Shown piece by piece: positions 34,623 to 43,993 of a DNA stretch of 64,000 bases; positions within the stretch are counted from its first letter, which is position 1; every line of letters begins with the position of its first letter. Source of the stretch: Rhizobiaceae bacterium (GTDB taxonomy: Bacteria > Pseudomonadota > Alphaproteobacteria > Rhizobiales > Rhizobiaceae); NCBI GenBank assembly GCA_019635755.1, contig JAHBYW010000002.1, positions 627,591-691,590 of the forward strand, written 5' to 3'. The notes beneath the pieces are model-generated. The model saw only the letters and a program-made list of their open reading frames with translations. It did not search any database and had not been told where the DNA came from. A program made the translations under genes and the position numbers.

Positions 34623-34694
34623 TGGAGCAGGCGAAGGGAATCGAACCCGCGTCCTCCGGGTTTCCCCGGCGCTCTGCCACTGAGCTACGCCCGC
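34623..34694 (-). tRNA. tRNA-like element with an Ala-type acceptor stem (G3:U70, GCGGGCG/CGCCTGC + CCA), normal D- and T-arms, and the anticodon arm replaced by a CCGGG-GAAA-CCCGG tetraloop hairpin (no anticodon). Probable pseudo-tRNA or tRNA-like structure.
   Basis: Folded by hand. The anticodon region is about 3 nt too short for a 5-bp stem plus 7-nt loop. Confidence 0.4.
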
Positions 34695-34939
34695 AACCCA
34701 ACCGCCGGAACGGGGTCCGCATACAGCCCGGCACGGCCGGCTGCACGGGCGGAGCTTTTCGAACTCCGGCCTTCGACACCGCTCCGGCACGACGGCCGGG
34801 CGGGGTGCATCCATCCCGCGATTGGGGCAAAAGCAAGCCCTTCCAGGGCGCATTTGCCGTTGGGGAAGCGATTGTTGCAGCCAAGCCACGCCCGCCGTGT
34901 CCAAACCGGTCGAACCGGCGGCCCCGCTGCGGTCTTGTA

Positions 34940-34952
34940 TCTTATATAAGAC
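34940..34952. promoter_or_regulatory. Palindromic operator TCTTATATAAGA (inside GTCTTGTATCTTATATAAGAC), overlapping the start region of the PfkB kinase gene.
   Basis: Perfect palindrome. The same core is at 44804-44817 upstream of uxaA, next to the GntR gene. It is a T/A-centred inverted repeat of GntR type. Confidence 0.5.
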
Positions 34953-35873
34953 TTGCTATCCATGGGCATGGCCTCAGTGCTCGTCGCCGGCGTCGCCGTC
35001 ATCGATTTCGTCTTCCGGGTGGACGAGATGCCGCGCCGCGCGGAGAAATATCGTGCGACGGACGCCGACATCGTCGGCGGGGGCGGGGCCGCCAACGCGG
35101 CCGTCACCGTGGCGCGGCTGGGCGGGCGCGCTGTGCTGGCGACGCGGCTGGGCGACGACGCGATCGCCGACATGATCCTCGCCGACCTCGGACGCGAGGG
35201 CGTGGACTGTTCGCTGGCCCGGCGGTTTCCCGGCAAGCGCTCCTCGTTCTCGTCGGTGTTCGTGGACCGGCAGGGCGAGCGGCAGATCGTCAACTATCGC
35301 GACATGGGGATCAGCTTCGACGCAGACTGGATCTCCGGCCTGCTGCCGGACCGCTTCGACGCCGCGCTCGCCGACACGCGCTGGCCGCAGGGCGGACCGG
35401 CGGTGCTGAACGCGGCCCGCGCGCGCGGAAAGCCGGCGGTGGTGGACGCCGAGGCGCCGATCGGCGAGGCGATGGCCACGATCAGGGCCGGCACGCACAT
35501 CGCGTTCTCGCGCCAGGGTCTGCGCGATTTCGCCGGCCATGACGACATGCGGGCCGCGCTCGGCCAGGCGACCGAGGCGACCGGCGCCTGGGTCTGCGTC
35601 ACCGACGGGTCGGCGGATGTGGTCTTCCACGCCGGCGGTGCGTTCGGCACGGTGCCGGCCTTTCCGGTCGAGGCTGTGGACACGCTGGCAGCCGGCGACG
35701 TCTGGCACGGCGCGTTCGCGCTCTTCCTCGCCGAGGGCATGGGCGAAACGGACGCGATCCGGCTGGCCAACGCCGTCGCCGCGATCAAATGCACCCGGTT
35801 CGGCGGCCGGGCAGGGGTGCCGGGCCGCGCCGAGGCCGAAGCCTTCCTGCGCGAGCGGAGCGCCGCCGCATGA
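34953..35873 (+). CDS. PfkB-family carbohydrate kinase (ribokinase-like).
   Basis: 306 aa. The N-terminal GAANAAV and the C-terminal DTLAAGDVWHGAF (DTxGAGD anion-hole motif) are present. The real start is probably the ATG at about 34962. Confidence 0.75.
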   Translation: MLSMGMASVLVAGVAVIDFVFRVDEMPRRAEKYRATDADIVGGGGAANAAVTVARLGGRAVLATRLGDDAIADMILADLGREGVDCSLARRFPGKRSSFSSVFVDRQGERQIVNYRDMGISFDADWISGLLPDRFDAALADTRWPQGGPAVLNAARARGKPAVVDAEAPIGEAMATIRAGTHIAFSRQGLRDFAGHDDMRAALGQATEATGAWVCVTDGSADVVFHAGGAFGTVPAFPVEAVDTLAAGDVWHGAFALFLAEGMGETDAIRLANAVAAIKCTRFGGRAGVPGRAEAEAFLRERSAAA

Positions 35874-35892
35874 CGCGCCGCCGGGTCCGCGA

Positions 35893-36444
35893 TCAGTTGA
35901 AGACGATGCGGCCCAGCACGTGCAGGCCTTCGCCCTCCGTGCGCACGATCACCGCCTCGCCCTCGCGTGCGCCGGCGCCGGTCAGCGCCCGGATCGTCTC
36001 GGGATGCGTCACCAGGACGAGGTTGCCGGAGCCGGAGAAGCCCGCGATGGTCTCGATGACGGCGGCGCGCTGCGCCTCGGCCGCCGCTTCGTCGGCCGCC
36101 GGCAGGTCCAGTGCCTCGAACGGCTCCGCGTCCCGGCCGAAGGCGATGCGCGCGGTGTCGAGGCAGCGGCAGAACCGGCTGGACAGGATGGCGTCGATGT
36201 CGGCGGCGCGCGCGGCGAACAGCGCCCCCATCTTGCGCGCCTGCTGCTTGCCCCGCTCCGAGAGGTTGCGCTGCGTCGAGCACTTGGTGACGTCGACATT
36301 GGCCGGGTCGGTGCTGCCGGTCGCATATGCGTGGGCCAGCAGCACGACATGGCCGCCGTCGCGCAGCAGCGCCCAGCCGGCTTCCGTGGCGGCCGCCGGA
36401 CCCGCCAGCATCATGGCGGCGAGCACAAGCGCTATTCTGAGCAT
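35893..36444 (-). CDS. Histidine phosphatase family protein (phosphoglycerate-mutase-like), secreted.
   Basis: Trimmed to the ATG at about 36444 (MLRIALVLAAMMLAGPAAA signal peptide). The 779-aa ORF in the track is an antisense artefact beyond this point. Confidence 0.65.
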   Translation of the reverse strand: MLRIALVLAAMMLAGPAAATEAGWALLRDGGHVVLLAHAYATGSTDPANVDVTKCSTQRNLSERGKQQARKMGALFAARAADIDAILSSRFCRCLDTARIAFGRDAEPFEALDLPAADEAAAEAQRAAVIETIAGFSGSGNLVLVTHPETIRALTGAGAREGEAVIVRTEGEGLHVLGRIVFN

Positions 36445-36489
36445 CCCGTTTCCTTTGTGTTTTTCCGGATATAGGGACGTGATGGCGGC

Positions 36490-37893
36490 ATGAAAGGCAA
36501 GTCGGCCCTCTCCGTCGGCGTGCTGCCGCTCGGCCGCCCGACCTTCGACGTTCCCTATGCGGAGGAGCGGCTGGCGGCGATGCTGGCGACGCTGGAGCGC
36601 TCGGGAGCCCAACTGCACGGCCCCCGCACGCTGCTGTTCGATGCCGCGGCGACGCGCGCGGCGATGGCCGCGCTGAAGCGCCGCGACCTCGATGCCGTAC
36701 TGATCCTGCAGGTCACATTCACCGACGCGTCGATGGCGGTGGAGATCGCCGCCGCCTTCGACGCTCCGCTCTCCATCTGGGCGATGCCGGAGCCGAGGCT
36801 CGGCGGGCGGCTGCGGCTGAACGCCTTCTGCGGGCTGAACCTCGCGGCCCATGCCCTCGGGCTGGCCGGGAAACCGTTCGGCCACCTGTATGCCGCGCCG
36901 GAAGCGCCCGGCAGCGCCGATGCGCTGGCCGGACTGCTGGCCGGCGGCCGGGTCGCGCCAACGCCGACGCGGCGTGCAGCGGAAGGCGGCGATGCCGGCG
37001 GCCGCGAGGCCGCGGCGCGGCTGGCCGGGCGGCGGATCGCCCGCATCGGCCACCATCCCGACGGGTTCCACACCTGCGCCTACGATGCCGCGAAGCTGGC
37101 GCAGCTTGCCGGAGTCTCGGTGGAACCGATTGAACTGGAATCGCTTTTCGCCCGCGCTGGCGGCGTGGAGTCCGGCCGCGTGGGCGCGGTGCGCGCCGAG
37201 GCGGCGTCGGTCGCCGTCGGCCTCGAGGCGGTCGACCAGGCGCAGCTCGACCGGTCGCTGCGGCTGAAGGCCGCGATCGACGACATCCGCGCCGAAGGCC
37301 GGTTCGACGCGCTGGCGGTCCGCTGCTGGCCCGAGACGTTCACGGACTACGGCGGCGCGGTCTGCGGCCCGGTGGCGATGATGGGCGAGCGGCGCGTGCC
37401 CTGCGCCTGCGAGGCCGACGTCTACGGCGCGCTGACGGCGCTCCTGCTGCAGGACATCGCCGCGGCGCCGGTGTTCCTGGCCGACCTCGTCGATCTCGAC
37501 GAGGATGACGGCACCGGCGTGGTATGGCACTGCGGCCAGGCGCCGGCGTCGATGGCCGATCCGGGCGTCCGGCCGCGGGCGACGATCCACACCAACAGGA
37601 AGATGCCGCTGCTGTTCGAGTTTCCGCTGAAGCCCGGTCGCGTGACGCTGTTCCGGATCAGCCAGGCGCGCGGCGAGCCCTGCGCGGTCATCGGCGGCGG
37701 CGAGATGCTGGCGCGGCCGATGGCGTTCACCGGCACGTCCGGCGTGCTGTCGTTCGATTCCGGCGTGCCGCGCGTCCGCGAGACGGTCATGGGCGCGGCG
37801 CTGGAGCATCATGTCTGCATCGCCTATGGCGACCATCGCGCGGCGCTGGAAGGCGCGGCGCAGGCGCTGGGCATCCCGGTGATCGACCTGTGA
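36490..37893 (+). CDS. Putative sugar isomerase (L-fucose / L-arabinose isomerase-related family, COG2407-like).
   Basis: 467 aa with family-like motifs (NAFCGLN, CACEADVYGALT). The assignment is tentative. Confidence 0.4.
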   Translation: MKGKSALSVGVLPLGRPTFDVPYAEERLAAMLATLERSGAQLHGPRTLLFDAAATRAAMAALKRRDLDAVLILQVTFTDASMAVEIAAAFDAPLSIWAMPEPRLGGRLRLNAFCGLNLAAHALGLAGKPFGHLYAAPEAPGSADALAGLLAGGRVAPTPTRRAAEGGDAGGREAAARLAGRRIARIGHHPDGFHTCAYDAAKLAQLAGVSVEPIELESLFARAGGVESGRVGAVRAEAASVAVGLEAVDQAQLDRSLRLKAAIDDIRAEGRFDALAVRCWPETFTDYGGAVCGPVAMMGERRVPCACEADVYGALTALLLQDIAAAPVFLADLVDLDEDDGTGVVWHCGQAPASMADPGVRPRATIHTNRKMPLLFEFPLKPGRVTLFRISQARGEPCAVIGGGEMLARPMAFTGTSGVLSFDSGVPRVRETVMGAALEHHVCIAYGDHRAALEGAAQALGIPVIDL

Positions 37894-38978
37894 GCGAGAT
37901 CGTGCGCTACGTCCTGATCGGCTCGGGCATGATGGGGCACGAGCACATCCGCAACCTCGCGCTCGTCCCCGGCGCACGGGTGGTCGCGGTCTCCGATCCG
38001 GACGACGGCATGCGGCTGTCGGCGCAGGCGCTGGCGGGAGACGGGTGCCGCGCCTTCGCCGACCATCGCGCGATGCTGGAGCAGGTCGCGTTCGACGCCG
38101 TCGTCGTTGCCAGCCCGAACCATACCCACGCCGCCGTGCTGGCCGACATCCTGCCGCTCGGCAGGCCGGTGCTGGTCGAGAAGCCGCTGGCGACGACGGT
38201 CGCCGACTGCGCCCGGCTCGCCGACCTCGCACGGCGGCACGCGACGCCGGTCTGGGTTGCGATGGAGTACCGCTACATGCCGCCGCTGCAGCGGCTGATG
38301 GCCGAACTGGCGGCCGGCACGGCCGGCAGGCTGCGCATGATCGCGATCCGCGAGCACCGCTTCCCCTTCCTCGCCAAGGTCGGCAACTGGAACCGCTTCG
38401 CGCACAACACCGGCGGCACGCTGGTCGAGAAGTGCTGCCACTTCTTCGACCTCATGCGGCTCCTGGCGGGAGCGGACGCGACGCGCGTCTACGCCTCGGG
38501 GGGCATGGACGTGAACTTCCTCGACGAGCGGTACGACGGGCGCCGGCCGGACATACTGGACAATGCCTTCGTCACGGTCGACTTCGCCAACGGCGTGCGC
38601 GCGATGCTGGATCTGTGCATGTTCGCCGAGGGCTCGCACTGGCAGGAGGCGATCTCGGCCGTCGGCGACGCCGCGCGGATCGACGCGCTGATCCCGGGGC
38701 CGGCGCGCTTCTCGCCGGACGGCCGCGAGCGTCCCGCCGAACTCGTGATTTCGCCGCGCGCAACCAAGGTCGAGCGGCGGCTGCCCGTCGAGGTCGATGC
38801 CGCGATCCTCTCCGCCGGCGACCATCACGGCTCGACCTATTTCCAGCATGTGAAGTTCAACAGGCTGGTGCGCGAGGGCGGCACGCCGGAGGTCGGCTTG
38901 GACGATGGCCTGAAGGCCGTGGCGATCGGCGCGGCGGCCGAGGAATCGGCCCGCACCGGCCAGGCGATCGCGCTCTGA
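37890..38978 (+). CDS. Gfo/Idh/MocA-family NAD(P)-dependent oxidoreductase.
   Basis: The GTG at 37890 overlaps the upstream TGA (GTGA). Rossmann N-terminus YVLIGSGMMGHEHIRNL and the GFM C-terminal domain are present. Confidence 0.8.
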   Translation: MSEIVRYVLIGSGMMGHEHIRNLALVPGARVVAVSDPDDGMRLSAQALAGDGCRAFADHRAMLEQVAFDAVVVASPNHTHAAVLADILPLGRPVLVEKPLATTVADCARLADLARRHATPVWVAMEYRYMPPLQRLMAELAAGTAGRLRMIAIREHRFPFLAKVGNWNRFAHNTGGTLVEKCCHFFDLMRLLAGADATRVYASGGMDVNFLDERYDGRRPDILDNAFVTVDFANGVRAMLDLCMFAEGSHWQEAISAVGDAARIDALIPGPARFSPDGRERPAELVISPRATKVERRLPVEVDAAILSAGDHHGSTYFQHVKFNRLVREGGTPEVGLDDGLKAVAIGAAAEESARTGQAIAL

Positions 38979-39166
38979 GCCCTTGGCAGCAAGGTGCGAT
39001 CGCCTTGCGGTGCACACATGCGGCCGATCCACTCTATGGACACTCATCCCGAAAACCGCTGCGCACTGTTCGGGATCATGGCGTGGCCTCCTGACAGGCG
39101 TGTCAGGATCGCCGCGTCGGCCGGTGCAGCGGGTCTTGTGCCGCCGCCGCCGACGCGACAGGAACG

Positions 39167-39814
39167 GTGCGCACCGGAGCCCTGTCCTTGATCCTCATCG
39201 GCCAGTACGATTCGTCCTTCACGCGCCGCGTCGGCATCGCGCTCCGGCTCTACGGTATTCCGTTCGAGCACAGGCCGTGGTCGATCTTCGGCGATCCCGA
39301 CAAGATCCGGCAGTTCAGTCCGCTCACCCAGGTGCCGACGCTGGTGCTGGACGACGGCACGGCGCTGGTCGAGAGCCACATGATGCTCGACTACATCGAC
39401 AGCCTCGTGCCGGCGGAAGCGCGCCTGTTCCCGGTCGCGGAGCCGGCGCGGCACCGCGCGCTGCGGATCGCCGCGCTGGCCACCGGCATGGGCGGAAAGT
39501 CGGCGGCGCTGTTCTACGAGGTGAAGCTGCATGCGCAGGTGTCGCAGTTCTGGGTGGACCGCTGCCGGGCGCAGGTCTTCGACAGCCTGGCGCTGCTGGA
39601 CCGTGAGCGCGCCGCGCGGCCGGGCGACTTCTGGTTCGGCGACCGCATCGGCCATGCCGACATCGCCGTGGCCACCGTCCTGCGCCACATGGGAGAGAGC
39701 CATCCCGGTCTGTTCTCGCTCGACGACTACCCGGCGCTCCGGCGCCATGCGGCGTTCCACGAGGCGCTGCCGGTCTTCCAGGAGATCAGCCAGCCGTTCA
39801 TCCCGCCGGCGTGA
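39167..39814 (+). CDS. Glutathione S-transferase family protein.
   Basis: 215 aa. The N-terminal thioredoxin-like beta-alpha-beta fold is followed by a helical C-domain. The start is uncertain. Confidence 0.65.
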   Translation: MRTGALSLILIGQYDSSFTRRVGIALRLYGIPFEHRPWSIFGDPDKIRQFSPLTQVPTLVLDDGTALVESHMMLDYIDSLVPAEARLFPVAEPARHRALRIAALATGMGGKSAALFYEVKLHAQVSQFWVDRCRAQVFDSLALLDRERAARPGDFWFGDRIGHADIAVATVLRHMGESHPGLFSLDDYPALRRHAAFHEALPVFQEISQPFIPPA

Positions 39815-39841
39815 GGGCAGGGCGCTCCGCGCCGCCGCGCC

Positions 39842-42800
39842 TCACTCGGCCTTGGCCAGCACGTCCTTGATCAGGTTGATCTTCTGGTCCACGAGGCCGA
39901 TGAGCATGAAGTTGCCGGCTTCCTTGAAGCCGTCCTTCGACTCCTCGTAGAGCGCCAGCGCCTGCTCGTAGTCCGGCCTGCCGCCGCCGCGTGTCGCCAT
40001 CGACCAGTGGACATCGCCGATATTGTTCAGCGTGAACGCCCATTGCAGCGGCTGCGTCTCGCGCGTGAACACCTTTCCCGCGGCCTCGAAGGCAGTCCTG
40101 GCCTCGGCCAGATGGTTGGCCGGCGGGTTGAAGTTGGTCAGGTTCAGGAGGGTCATGCCGAGCCCGTTCTGCGCCTGCGCCCATTCGATCGGCGCGTTCT
40201 CCATGGTGATGACCTCGAGCGCCAGCCGGCGCGCCGCGGCCGACTTTTCGAGGTTCTCCGTCATGTCCTCGTGCGTCGCCAGCGTCTGGCGGACGGAGCC
40301 GATGGCGGCCTGAACATAGGCCCAGGTGCGCTCGTTGTCCTCGCGGCGGATCACCCTGAGGGCGTTCTCGAAGGCGCGGATCGCGTCCTTCATGACCCGC
40401 GGGTCGTCCGTCAGCGTGCCGATGAGCTGGAGCGAGTTGCCGATATTGTGCTCGGTGGTCGCCCAGTCCAGCGGCAGCGCGCGCCGCGTGTAGACGCGTT
40501 CGGCGAGTTCGAACGCGGCGACCGATTCCTTCAGCTTGCCGGCGTCCATGGAGCGCTGGCCGAGCGTCTGCAGCACGATGCCGAGATTGTTCTGGACGGA
40601 CGCCCATTCCATCGGCAGCTCGCGCCGGGTGAAGACGGTCAGCGCCTGGTTGTAGGCCTCCGCCGCCTTCTCGATGCTGGCGGTGCCGGGCTCGAACCGG
40701 CCGAGCGCACTGAACGCGTTGCCGATGTTGAGCTGCGACGATGCCCAGTCCATCGGGAACTGCGCGCGCGTGCGCACGGTCATCGCGTCGGTGAACACGG
40801 TGACGGCCTCGTCGACCTTGGCGCGATCGTTGAGGTTGACGCCGAGCGTCACCAGCGTGTTGCCGAGGTTGTTCATGGTCATTGCCCACGCCTTCGGGTG
40901 GGCGGCACGGGTCAGCACGCCGAGCGCGGCGCGGTAGGCGGCCTCGGCCTCGACCAGCGTGGCGGCCTCGGCTTCCCGTTCGCCCAGCGTGTAGAGGCTG
41001 ATGGCGATGTTGTTCTGCGACGAGGCCCATTCCTCCGGCACCTTGTCGCGATCGCGCATCGCAAGTGCGGCGCGGAACGCCTCGACGGCCTGCTTCAGGG
41101 TCTCCGTGCCGCTTTCGCGCCGGCCGATTTCCAGCAGCACGTTGCCGATGTTGTTCTGTGCCGCGGCGGCGTTGGCGTCGTCCTTTTCCGCCACGAACAC
41201 GGCAAGCACCTCCCGGAAGGTCTCCAGCGCCATCTTCAGCGTCGCCGTGTCGACCTCGCGCTCGCCGACGGTCTGCAGAACCACCGCCTGGTTGTTCCGG
41301 GTGATCGCCCAGTCGCGCGAGCGGTCGTTCGGCGGCAGGAAGGAGACGATCAGGTCATAGGCCTCGATCGCCTGCCGCAGCGCCGAGAGGTCGCCGGTCG
41401 CGTCGCCGTGCGCATTCAGCGCCTCGGCTTCCAGGTTCTTGTAGTTCCAGCGCAGCTTGTCGTCCCAGCGCTCGATCAGCTCGAAGGCCTTGCGGTAGTC
41501 GTTGGCGGCGTCCTTGAACTGGAAGGTCAGCATCGAGGCGTCGGCGCGCTTGGCATAGACCGCCGCGTCGGCGATGCGCTTCTGCTTGACCTCCTCCTCG
41601 GCGGTGTCGACCGCGCTCATGTTTTCCTCGATGCGGCCGATCGCATCGTCGAGGAAGAGTTTCGCGGTGACGATGGCGCCCTGTTCGATGGCGCGGTCGG
41701 CCGCCGCGGTGAGCCGCAGGATGTCCGGGTCGTCGGTGCGCAGCGCCTGCCGCTGCTCCATCATCTTCTTGAGCCGGTCGGCCTGCGCGTCGAGGACCTG
41801 CGACAGCTCGTTCGGGTCCTCGGGGATGTTCTTCTCCTCGCCCAGCGCCCGCAGAACGCCGTAGACGGCATCGAGCGGCACGGCGTCCTTGGCGGCGACC
41901 AGTTCCACCTGCTGGCGGCTGGCGTCGGGCAGGTCGGAGATGGTCAGGAGAAGCTTGCGACGCTCGCCGGTGATCAGCGCGTCCTCGCCCACCGGCGCCT
42001 CCTGCGCCACGCCGAAATAGAGCAGCCGGCGCAGGCTCTCGTTCACCCAGGGCCGCTGCTCGGTCTTGGTGTCGAGGTAGACCTCCTCCGTCACCATGCG
42101 CATCACCGCGCCGAACTCGGCGCCGTTCATCGCGCCGAGGTGGCGCAACAGCGCCGAGGCATAGGGGCTGTTCTCGCCGGCCGCGCCGTCCAGCGCCGGG
42201 CGTCCCGGCTCGGCGGCGAAGCCGATCACCGTGCCGAGATTTTCCGTGGCCGCCGGCGCCTGCTTCAGCGTCGCGGCGCCGCGCGTCGGCACCAGGCCGC
42301 TCGTGCCGACCGGGCTGCCCGGATCGGTGGCGTCCTTGCGCACCAGCGCGCCGTCGGGGAAGGGGTTGGTCCGGCACGCGTCCAGCAGCACGATGGCCAC
42401 CGGCACCGTCGCCTTCAGCTCGTCCATGACCGCGGTGAGCGACACCAGCGTCTCGCTGGCATTGTCGAGCGAGGAGACGTCGGCGTCGACCGGGATCAGC
42501 CAGTTGTCGCCGCCCGACTCGATGCCGTGGCCCGAATAATAGAGGAAGGCCACGTCCGCGCCCTCGGCGTCCTCGACGAAGCGCTCGAGGTCGCGCTTCA
42601 GCTTCGCCGCGTCGCGGTCGGTGACGCTGCGGGCGTCGAAGCCGAGGTCGGACAGCAGCCCGACCATGTCGCGCGCATCGTTCGCCGGGTTCGGCAGCGC
42701 CGCGATGTGCTGGTACTTTGACTGGCCAATCACCAGGGCCACGCCATTGAGGCTCGGCGGCTCCTCCGCGCGGGCAGGCGCCGCGGCGGCCCACAGGCCG

Positions 42801-42880
42801 ATTGCGAGCGCCGCAAGGACTCGGGCCAGCGCGGCGAGCGGCCGTGCCTTGGTGTCGTGGGATGCAGGTGCCGGTATCAT
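39842..42880 (-). CDS. Secreted caspase (peptidase C14) domain protein fused to about 700 aa of tetratricopeptide repeats.
   Basis: 1012 aa. Signal peptide MIPAPASHD...AAAPARA. Caspase His/Cys dyad context YYSGHG ... LLDACRTNPF. The C-terminal two-thirds is degenerate 34-aa TPR units (W/LG/Y/A/F/A/P pattern) recurring about 18 times. Confidence 0.75.
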   Translation of the reverse strand: MIPAPASHDTKARPLAALARVLAALAIGLWAAAAPARAEEPPSLNGVALVIGQSKYQHIAALPNPANDARDMVGLLSDLGFDARSVTDRDAAKLKRDLERFVEDAEGADVAFLYYSGHGIESGGDNWLIPVDADVSSLDNASETLVSLTAVMDELKATVPVAIVLLDACRTNPFPDGALVRKDATDPGSPVGTSGLVPTRGAATLKQAPAATENLGTVIGFAAEPGRPALDGAAGENSPYASALLRHLGAMNGAEFGAVMRMVTEEVYLDTKTEQRPWVNESLRRLLYFGVAQEAPVGEDALITGERRKLLLTISDLPDASRQQVELVAAKDAVPLDAVYGVLRALGEEKNIPEDPNELSQVLDAQADRLKKMMEQRQALRTDDPDILRLTAAADRAIEQGAIVTAKLFLDDAIGRIEENMSAVDTAEEEVKQKRIADAAVYAKRADASMLTFQFKDAANDYRKAFELIERWDDKLRWNYKNLEAEALNAHGDATGDLSALRQAIEAYDLIVSFLPPNDRSRDWAITRNNQAVVLQTVGEREVDTATLKMALETFREVLAVFVAEKDDANAAAAQNNIGNVLLEIGRRESGTETLKQAVEAFRAALAMRDRDKVPEEWASSQNNIAISLYTLGEREAEAATLVEAEAAYRAALGVLTRAAHPKAWAMTMNNLGNTLVTLGVNLNDRAKVDEAVTVFTDAMTVRTRAQFPMDWASSQLNIGNAFSALGRFEPGTASIEKAAEAYNQALTVFTRRELPMEWASVQNNLGIVLQTLGQRSMDAGKLKESVAAFELAERVYTRRALPLDWATTEHNIGNSLQLIGTLTDDPRVMKDAIRAFENALRVIRREDNERTWAYVQAAIGSVRQTLATHEDMTENLEKSAAARRLALEVITMENAPIEWAQAQNGLGMTLLNLTNFNPPANHLAEARTAFEAAGKVFTRETQPLQWAFTLNNIGDVHWSMATRGGGRPDYEQALALYEESKDGFKEAGNFMLIGLVDQKINLIKDVLAKAE

Positions 42881-42994
42881 GGAGCCGCCTTATCCACGGC
42901 CGGTAGCCGTTCCATGTCGCCGAGACCACCAGAATGAGGCAGCATTGGGCCGGGTTGCGCGGCCGGACGTGGTCGCCTATCAGGCGCCATACCG

Positions 42995-43945
42995 ATGTCG
43001 CCGCTCACGGAAACCATTCTCTTCATCTTCGGCCTGGTCGGGCTGGGTTACGTCTCGGGCCTGACGGGCTACCTGAAGCCGGCCGCCGGCGACGCGCTCT
43101 CCGAATTCGCGGTGGGCGTCGCGCTGCCGCTGCTCCTCTTCAAGACGATGATCACCGCCGATTTCCACGGCGCGTCGCCGTGGGCGCTGTGGGGCGCCTA
43201 TTTCAGCGCGGTCGTGGTGGCCTGGACCGCCGGCCACCTGATGATCACGCGGGTGTTCGGCCGCGACGGCACCGCCGGCGTGGTGGGCGGCGTCTCCACC
43301 GCCTTCTCGAACCTCGTTCTGCTCGGCATTCCCTTCGTTCTCGGCGTCTTCGGCCAGCAGGGCTTCGAGGTGCTGTCGCTGCTTGTCTCCGTGCACCTGC
43401 CATCCCTGATGATCGCGTCGATCGTGCTCTTCCAGATTTTCGGGCGCGAGCGCGGCACGCCGCTGCGCCTCGACGCGCTCGCCAGGGATTTCCTGCGCAA
43501 GGTCTTCACCAATCCGCTCATCGTGGGCATCCTCGCGGGGCTCCTGTGGCGCCTCACCGGGCTGTCGCTGCCCTCTCTCGCCGCGCGATTCGTCGACGCG
43601 CTGTCGGGCATCGCCGCGCCGGTCGCCCTGTTCGCGATGGGTCTCGGGCTGCGCAAGTTCGGCATCTCCGGCAATGTCCGTCCGGCGACTGCGCTGACCG
43701 TTCTGAAGCTGATGCTGATGCCGGCCGTGGCGCTCTGCACCGCCTGGCTCTTCGGGCTGCCGCCGCTGACCGCGCAGGTCGCCGTCGCCTGCGCGGCCCT
43801 GCCGTCCGGGGTCAATTCCTATCTCATCGCCACGCAGTTCGGCACCGGCCAGGCACTCGCCTCGAACACGATGACGCTGGCGACCGCCGCGGCCGTCGTC
43901 ACGACCGCGCTCTGGCTTTCGATCGCGCTGGTGGTGTTCAGCTAG
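42995..43945 (+). CDS. AEC-family (auxin efflux carrier / malonate transporter MdcF-like) membrane transporter.
   Basis: 316 aa with about 10 TM segments. It is an AEC-type protein. Confidence 0.75.
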   Translation: MSPLTETILFIFGLVGLGYVSGLTGYLKPAAGDALSEFAVGVALPLLLFKTMITADFHGASPWALWGAYFSAVVVAWTAGHLMITRVFGRDGTAGVVGGVSTAFSNLVLLGIPFVLGVFGQQGFEVLSLLVSVHLPSLMIASIVLFQIFGRERGTPLRLDALARDFLRKVFTNPLIVGILAGLLWRLTGLSLPSLAARFVDALSGIAAPVALFAMGLGLRKFGISGNVRPATALTVLKLMLMPAVALCTAWLFGLPPLTAQVAVACAALPSGVNSYLIATQFGTGQALASNTMTLATAAAVVTTALWLSIALVVFS

Positions 43946-43993
43946 ACCATGATCCCGAAAGGCGCGTCGCGGTTTTCGGATCAGATCAATGTC

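Noticed and set aside
34553-34694. Idea that the Ala-type tRNA-like element is the tRNA-like domain of a two-piece alphaproteobacterial tmRNA
   Set aside because: It has a full D-arm (TAGCTCAGTGGCAGAGC), which tmRNA TLDs lack. No tag-peptide reading frame or pseudoknot region is adjacent.
36445-38232. Upstream 595 aa of the 779-aa minus-strand ORF ending in the histidine phosphatase
   Set aside because: Only the last 183 aa (from MLRIALVLAAMM signal peptide) look like a protein. The rest is antisense to the isomerase and oxidoreductase genes.
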